Source of the DNA: an uncultured Victivallis sp. | GTDB lineage: Bacteria; Verrucomicrobiota; Lentisphaeria; Victivallales; GWF2-50-93 | Direction: 5' to 3' | Length of the DNA stretch: 64,000 nucleotides | Assembly (NCBI GenBank): GCA_964540865.1 | Contig: CAZION010000006.1 | Coordinates: 10,367-74,366 of the forward strand | Part shown: in pieces, positions 60,126-64,000 of the stretch | Layout of the letters: each line of letters starts with the position of its first letter | Position numbering within the stretch: position 1 is the stretch's first letter | Notes under the pieces: generated by a model | The model's input: only the letters and a program-made list of their open reading frames with translations | Database searches by the model: none | Told to the model about the DNA's origin: nothing | Made by a program: the position numbers and the translations under genes

Positions 60126-61345
60126 ATTTTTTTCTCATATACGAAAATATCAACTGAATTCTCTGATTTCATGAGCCTGGACGAGCCAAGTTTTGATGAG
60201 CGGCTTACGGATATGCTTACGGCCTCCGTGAAATTGTTTTTCAGACATTTTGTAAGCTCGGCTTTTGTTTCAAGGAGAACTGCGGTGACAACCAGGCGTC
60301 CTCCGGGAAGAAGCTTGCCGAATGCTTTTTCAGCGATTCTCCTGATGTCTTTTCCGCCACCGCCTACGAAAATGCACCTTGGCTGAGTGGTGAGTTTAGT
60401 CATTACCTTTAAAGCATCGCCTTCAATTGCTTCGACGTTTGAAACCCCGAACACCTCAATATTTTTTTGAAGCTGACTGAATCTCCCAGCGTCCGATTCG
60501 ACAGCTTTTACTTTAATATCACTGCAGAGTGACGCCGCTTCAATTCCGACAGACCCGCTGCCGGCTCCGATATCCCACATCAGCCCGGGGCCTATTTTGA
60601 GTTTTGAAAGGACCACGGCCCTGACTTCGGAATGCGTTATCATGCGGTTTTCACAGATATAAGAACTGTCAGGCAGTCCGAGAATTATTCCTTCATCGGT
60701 GATTTCTTCAGAAGGGAGAAGGGCAAGGATGGAAAGCCCGCCGCATTTTATTTTTGAAATCCGGAAAAGACTGCCGGACTGGATGTTCTCATTTTTCATT
60801 CCCAAATTTTCAGCTAGTACTGCTGATCTTTTCCCGTAAGCGGGAAAAGATTCCACAATGTTGGCGGCGAGATTGGCGGCTGTGATTTTATCGTCACAGT
60901 AGATGACGGACATGGACGATGAAAGCGCAGCCCTGAAATTGATTATCCTGCCACCGTGGATGCTCAGTAATTTTGCATTGTCCCATGGTATTTTAAGTTT
61001 TGAGAAAAGCGATTGCATCGCGGTGACATTGGGAATTATTTCAAACTCGCCATCTGGGAAATACCTTGCGGCAAACGCGCCGATTCCGTGGAAAAGAGGA
61101 TCTCCTGATGCGAGGATCGCAACTTTCCTGCTCTTTGAAAGTGATTTTATTTCAGAAATTATTTCGGATATTCCCGATTTTATCACGATTTTCCTGCCTT
61201 TGAATTCAGGAAAGAAATTCAGCAGTCTTTTCCCGCCTGCAATGACATCAGACTGAAGAACCTTTTCCCTGGCCAGGGGTGAAATACATTCCGGGGACAC
61301 CCCGCATCCGACAACAGTCACGTTTATTTTTTTGCCAATCTTCAT
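60122..61345 (-). CDS. cbiET: Bifunctional cobalt-precorrin C5/C15 methyltransferase (CbiE-CbiT)
   Basis: ASGDPLFHGIG, SIHG, ENLG, MITHSEVR, WDIGAGSGSVGIE. Confidence 0.9.
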   Translation of the reverse strand: MKIGKKINVTVVGCGVSPECISPLAREKVLQSDVIAGGKRLLNFFPEFKGRKIVIKSGISEIISEIKSLSKSRKVAILASGDPLFHGIGAFAARYFPDGEFEIIPNVTAMQSLFSKLKIPWDNAKLLSIHGGRIINFRAALSSSMSVIYCDDKITAANLAANIVESFPAYGKRSAVLAENLGMKNENIQSGSLFRISKIKCGGLSILALLPSEEITDEGIILGLPDSSYICENRMITHSEVRAVVLSKLKIGPGLMWDIGAGSGSVGIEAASLCSDIKVKAVESDAGRFSQLQKNIEVFGVSNVEAIEGDALKVMTKLTTQPRCIFVGGGGKDIRRIAEKAFGKLLPGGRLVVTAVLLETKAELTKCLKNNFTEAVSISVSRSSKLGSSRLMKSENSVDIFVYEKKM

Positions 61346-61350
61346 TTTTT

Positions 61351-61379
61351 TTTCGTGTCTTTAGCGTGTTTCGTGGTTA
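61351..61379. repeat. 9-nt-period arm overlapping the cbiD stop codon
   Basis: tttcgtgtc tttagcgtg tttcgtggt ta; same family as 20802-20873. Confidence 0.65.
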
Positions 61380-62507
61380 AATCTTAGTCTTCCTGGCTAC
61401 GGTCTTCCCATCGGAATCGAAAACTACAACTTCAATATTCGATGATTCAGTCCAGTCAAGGAAATTCCCGAGCGCTTTTCCTGCAAGGTCGTTCATCATT
61501 TTCAATGCCGGATCAGGCTTGATGAAGTCAAGTATCTCCCTGACCGTGGCGGAACCCCTGATTTTTTCAACGGTCTGTCCGCTGAATCCAAGGCTTTCTG
61601 CGAATTTCGCAAGACCTCCGAACTGCTGTTTTACGTTATGGGCATGCGTGTTCTTGTGCCCCTCCGCGTATTTGAGTAGTTTTCCGGGCATGCAGGCGAC
61701 AGTGATCTTGTCGAAGCCGAGAGATGAAGCGGATTTCAGCGCCGGATTTATGAAGTCACCTATCCTTATTATGCCGAGTTCCGGAATTTCAGGATATAAT
61801 TTGCCAAGGGCTTTTGCCGTGGTGCCGCCAGTGCAAAGGGCGATATGCCTGATTCCCTCCATTTTTGCACCTTTTAGGAGGATTTTGACGGTGTTGAGGT
61901 AGGCCTTGTTGGAATAGGGAACCACTATGCCGCTTGTTCCGAGAATTGATATTCCTCCTGTGATGCCAAGAGTGGGGTTGAGCGTCCTTTTCGCAATCTT
62001 TTCTCCGTTCTTCACGGAAATCTCCAGCAGGAAAAGCCCGCTTGTCTTGTATTTGCAGGAAATGAGATTTTCAGCCAGCATTTTTCTCGGTATCGGATTG
62101 ATCGCCCATTTCCCTTCTGGAACTGGCAGTCCTTTTCTTGTAACCAGTCCTACTCCTTTTCCTCCCCTTATGACGAAGGCGGAATTAAGGATATCCACAG
62201 TAAAGTCCCTGGTGGTGATATTGCGGGCCGGTAAGGGAGATATTTTCACAGTTATCAGCGCCTTATGGGTGACGTCAGGATCATCTCCGGCATCCTTTAT
62301 GACCGATGCGGTTGCGGTCTTCGCCTTGTCATTCATATCTGTGTTTTTTATCGGCAGGGAACGTTTCTTCTTGTCAGGGAAAACGATGCTTATCTCGTCC
62401 TTGACTTCCTCTCCATTGAAGATGGTCCAGGCAGCTTTTGCCGCTGCCGCCGCGCATGCACCGGTTGTGAATCCAGTCTTTAGTTTTTTCATTTCAGTTT
62501 TATTCAT
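61377..62507 (-). CDS. cbiD: Cobalt-precorrin-5B C1-methyltransferase
   Basis: GFTTGACAAAAAKAA, KDAGDDPDVTH, AINPIPR, GGISILGTSG. Confidence 0.94.
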   Translation of the reverse strand: MNKTEMKKLKTGFTTGACAAAAAKAAWTIFNGEEVKDEISIVFPDKKKRSLPIKNTDMNDKAKTATASVIKDAGDDPDVTHKALITVKISPLPARNITTRDFTVDILNSAFVIRGGKGVGLVTRKGLPVPEGKWAINPIPRKMLAENLISCKYKTSGLFLLEISVKNGEKIAKRTLNPTLGITGGISILGTSGIVVPYSNKAYLNTVKILLKGAKMEGIRHIALCTGGTTAKALGKLYPEIPELGIIRIGDFINPALKSASSLGFDKITVACMPGKLLKYAEGHKNTHAHNVKQQFGGLAKFAESLGFSGQTVEKIRGSATVREILDFIKPDPALKMMNDLAGKALGNFLDWTESSNIEVVVFDSDGKTVARKTKI

Positions 62508-63192
62508 GGTTTAAATTTTTATTCATAAAAATTTTATTCTCCAAAATAGCATGAAGCGTCGCCACCGCAAGGGTACTTCCGCCACGACGTCCCTCAATGG
62601 TTATGTGCGGGATATCCGTTTTTGAGAGCAGGACTTTAGATTCGACTACATTGACAAATCCCACAGGCATTCCGATAATCAGGGCCGGACGAACTTTTTT
62701 CTCGAGATAGAGGCGTGCGATTCCTGCCAGGGCGAGGGGGGCGTTACCGATAAGTACAATTGCACCGTCAAGTATCGCCTCGGCTTTCTTTAACGAGGCA
62801 AGTGCGCGGGTTGTGCCGTTTTTCCCCGCGTCCTCCGCCACATCGCTGTCGGCGATATAGCAGTGGATGGATTCCTTCGAATATGCGGGATTGAACATCC
62901 TGAGCTTCTGAATCGATATCCCGCTTTTTATCATGTTTGAATCGCAATAGATGGCGGCTCCGTCTGAGACAGCTTTCAGCGCTGCTTCGATGGGGTTGTT
63001 CCTGAAAACAAGATTGTCGCATATTGAGAAGTCGGCAGTGGTGTGGATGAGCCTGCGTGCGACTTTCCATTCAGGTTCCGGGAATCGTGTGTTCTTATAT
63101 TCGCTTTCAATTATGCGGAAACTTTCAGATTCAATCTGTTCTGCGGTCATGTCCCATTTTATGTCAGTATAAATATTTTCGCTTTTTTTCAT
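62500..63192 (-). CDS. cbiC: Precorrin-8X methylmutase
   Basis: IESESFRII, RLIHTTAD, IGNAPLAL, GMPVGFV, GRRGGS. Confidence 0.93.
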   Translation of the reverse strand: MKKSENIYTDIKWDMTAEQIESESFRIIESEYKNTRFPEPEWKVARRLIHTTADFSICDNLVFRNNPIEAALKAVSDGAAIYCDSNMIKSGISIQKLRMFNPAYSKESIHCYIADSDVAEDAGKNGTTRALASLKKAEAILDGAIVLIGNAPLALAGIARLYLEKKVRPALIIGMPVGFVNVVESKVLLSKTDIPHITIEGRRGGSTLAVATLHAILENKIFMNKNLNHE

Positions 63193-63296
63193 TGCCTTTA
63201 TTCTTTTTTATTTATCGGTTTTTTATCTTTTAGTTTTTCATTTAAATAAATTCCTCTTTGAATTTATTTTAATGAAAAACAACATGAGGACCGTAG

Positions 63297-64000
63297 TCAC
63301 ATCCTTAACTGTATGAAAATTAAGATTGACAATGCGATTAAATTAAACATGAAACGCAAGCCCTGCGTTATCCCGACAATCCAGACTCCGTCACGTTTCG
63401 GAAAAATACCCATTGCGGTCGGAAGATTCCTCCGCAGGGCGCTAAACGGGATTGTTATGATGTTTGCCGCCATCAGAGCGATCAGAACTTGTAGCATTGT
63501 AACCCTGTTTTCATGGCTCATCTTCGCCGCAACTGTCGCCGAACTGACAAGGCCTCCCATTTTTGAACTCATTATGGCGATTATTTCCGGAGAGAGGACT
63601 GTCTGGAGATCCTGGGGGATCTTTTTCTCCAGCTTCCTGAATACGCCTTTGTCGCCGAGATAGGCTACGAAAATGAAGATGGGAAGCGTGATCAGTATCA
63701 CCCGTATGAGGATTTTACCTGTAGACTTCAAAGACTTTTTGAATGTTTCATTCCATGTCGGGAGCTCTTTTTTCAAGGGTTCATAATTGTTCGTGTTTTC
63801 AGCAGATTTCCTTCTTCCGAAAGAAAAGACCAGCAATACCTGTAGAAGTTCAAGAGTCAGCTGAATCGCCAGATAAATTATTGCGGTGAAGCCCAGGAGG
63901 GGGATGATTACCACTGACGGCCTGAGCATATGTTTGAACTTCGCCGGGAATGAGTTTGTAATGGCGCAAATGAACATTTCCCTCTTGGTTATTTTCCCTT
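63297..64000 (-). CDS. Membrane protein, possibly nucleoside-recognition (gate) family; 5' truncated
   Basis: Frame open to the window edge; multiple TM segments; in the cobalamin operon. Confidence 0.55.
   Translation of the reverse strand, partial: GKITKREMFICAITNSFPAKFKHMLRPSVVIIPLLGFTAIIYLAIQLTLELLQVLLVFSFGRRKSAENTNNYEPLKKELPTWNETFKKSLKSTGKILIRVILITLPIFIFVAYLGDKGVFRKLEKKIPQDLQTVLSPEIIAIMSSKMGGLVSSATVAAKMSHENRVTMLQVLIALMAANIITIPFSALRRNLPTAMGIFPKRDGVWIVGITQGLRFMFNLIALSILIFIQLRM

Noticed and set aside
63193..63296. Cobalamin riboswitch
   Set aside because: AT-rich spacer with no B12 box; the operon start lies outside the window.

Overview
Bacterial chromosomal window, probably from an anaerobic Gram-negative lineage; PVC/Lentisphaerota-like is only an impression. 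Housekeeping and metabolic content: tdh-kbl, CE7 esterase, stand-alone 5'-3' exonuclease, an envelope lipoprotein operon, valS, an aldolase-SDR fusion, ilvN, a DeoR-controlled polyol/sugar cluster ending in an ETF plus FAD-oxidoreductase module, an AmmeMemoRadiSam locus with export signals and a membrane spermidine-synthase-like partner, pyrF, tRNA-Gln, tolB, DinG, a TA/HNH AT-rich islet, sulfate assimilation genes and an anaerobic cobalamin operon. The most unusual signals are in small repeats. (1) A REP-flanked RAYT transposase lies exactly at the CbiG mid/C-domain junction and supplies a stop codon to one half and an RBS to the other. (2) Several families of 7-, 8- and 9-nt-period micro-arrays and REP-like hairpins start at stop codons, stack on each other, and in three genes (amrB, cbiA, cbiF-cbiG) are read in frame as protein linkers. 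(3) A ~200-nt multi-branched structure precedes an HNH nuclease gene. All calls come from reading motifs by eye; no searches were run.
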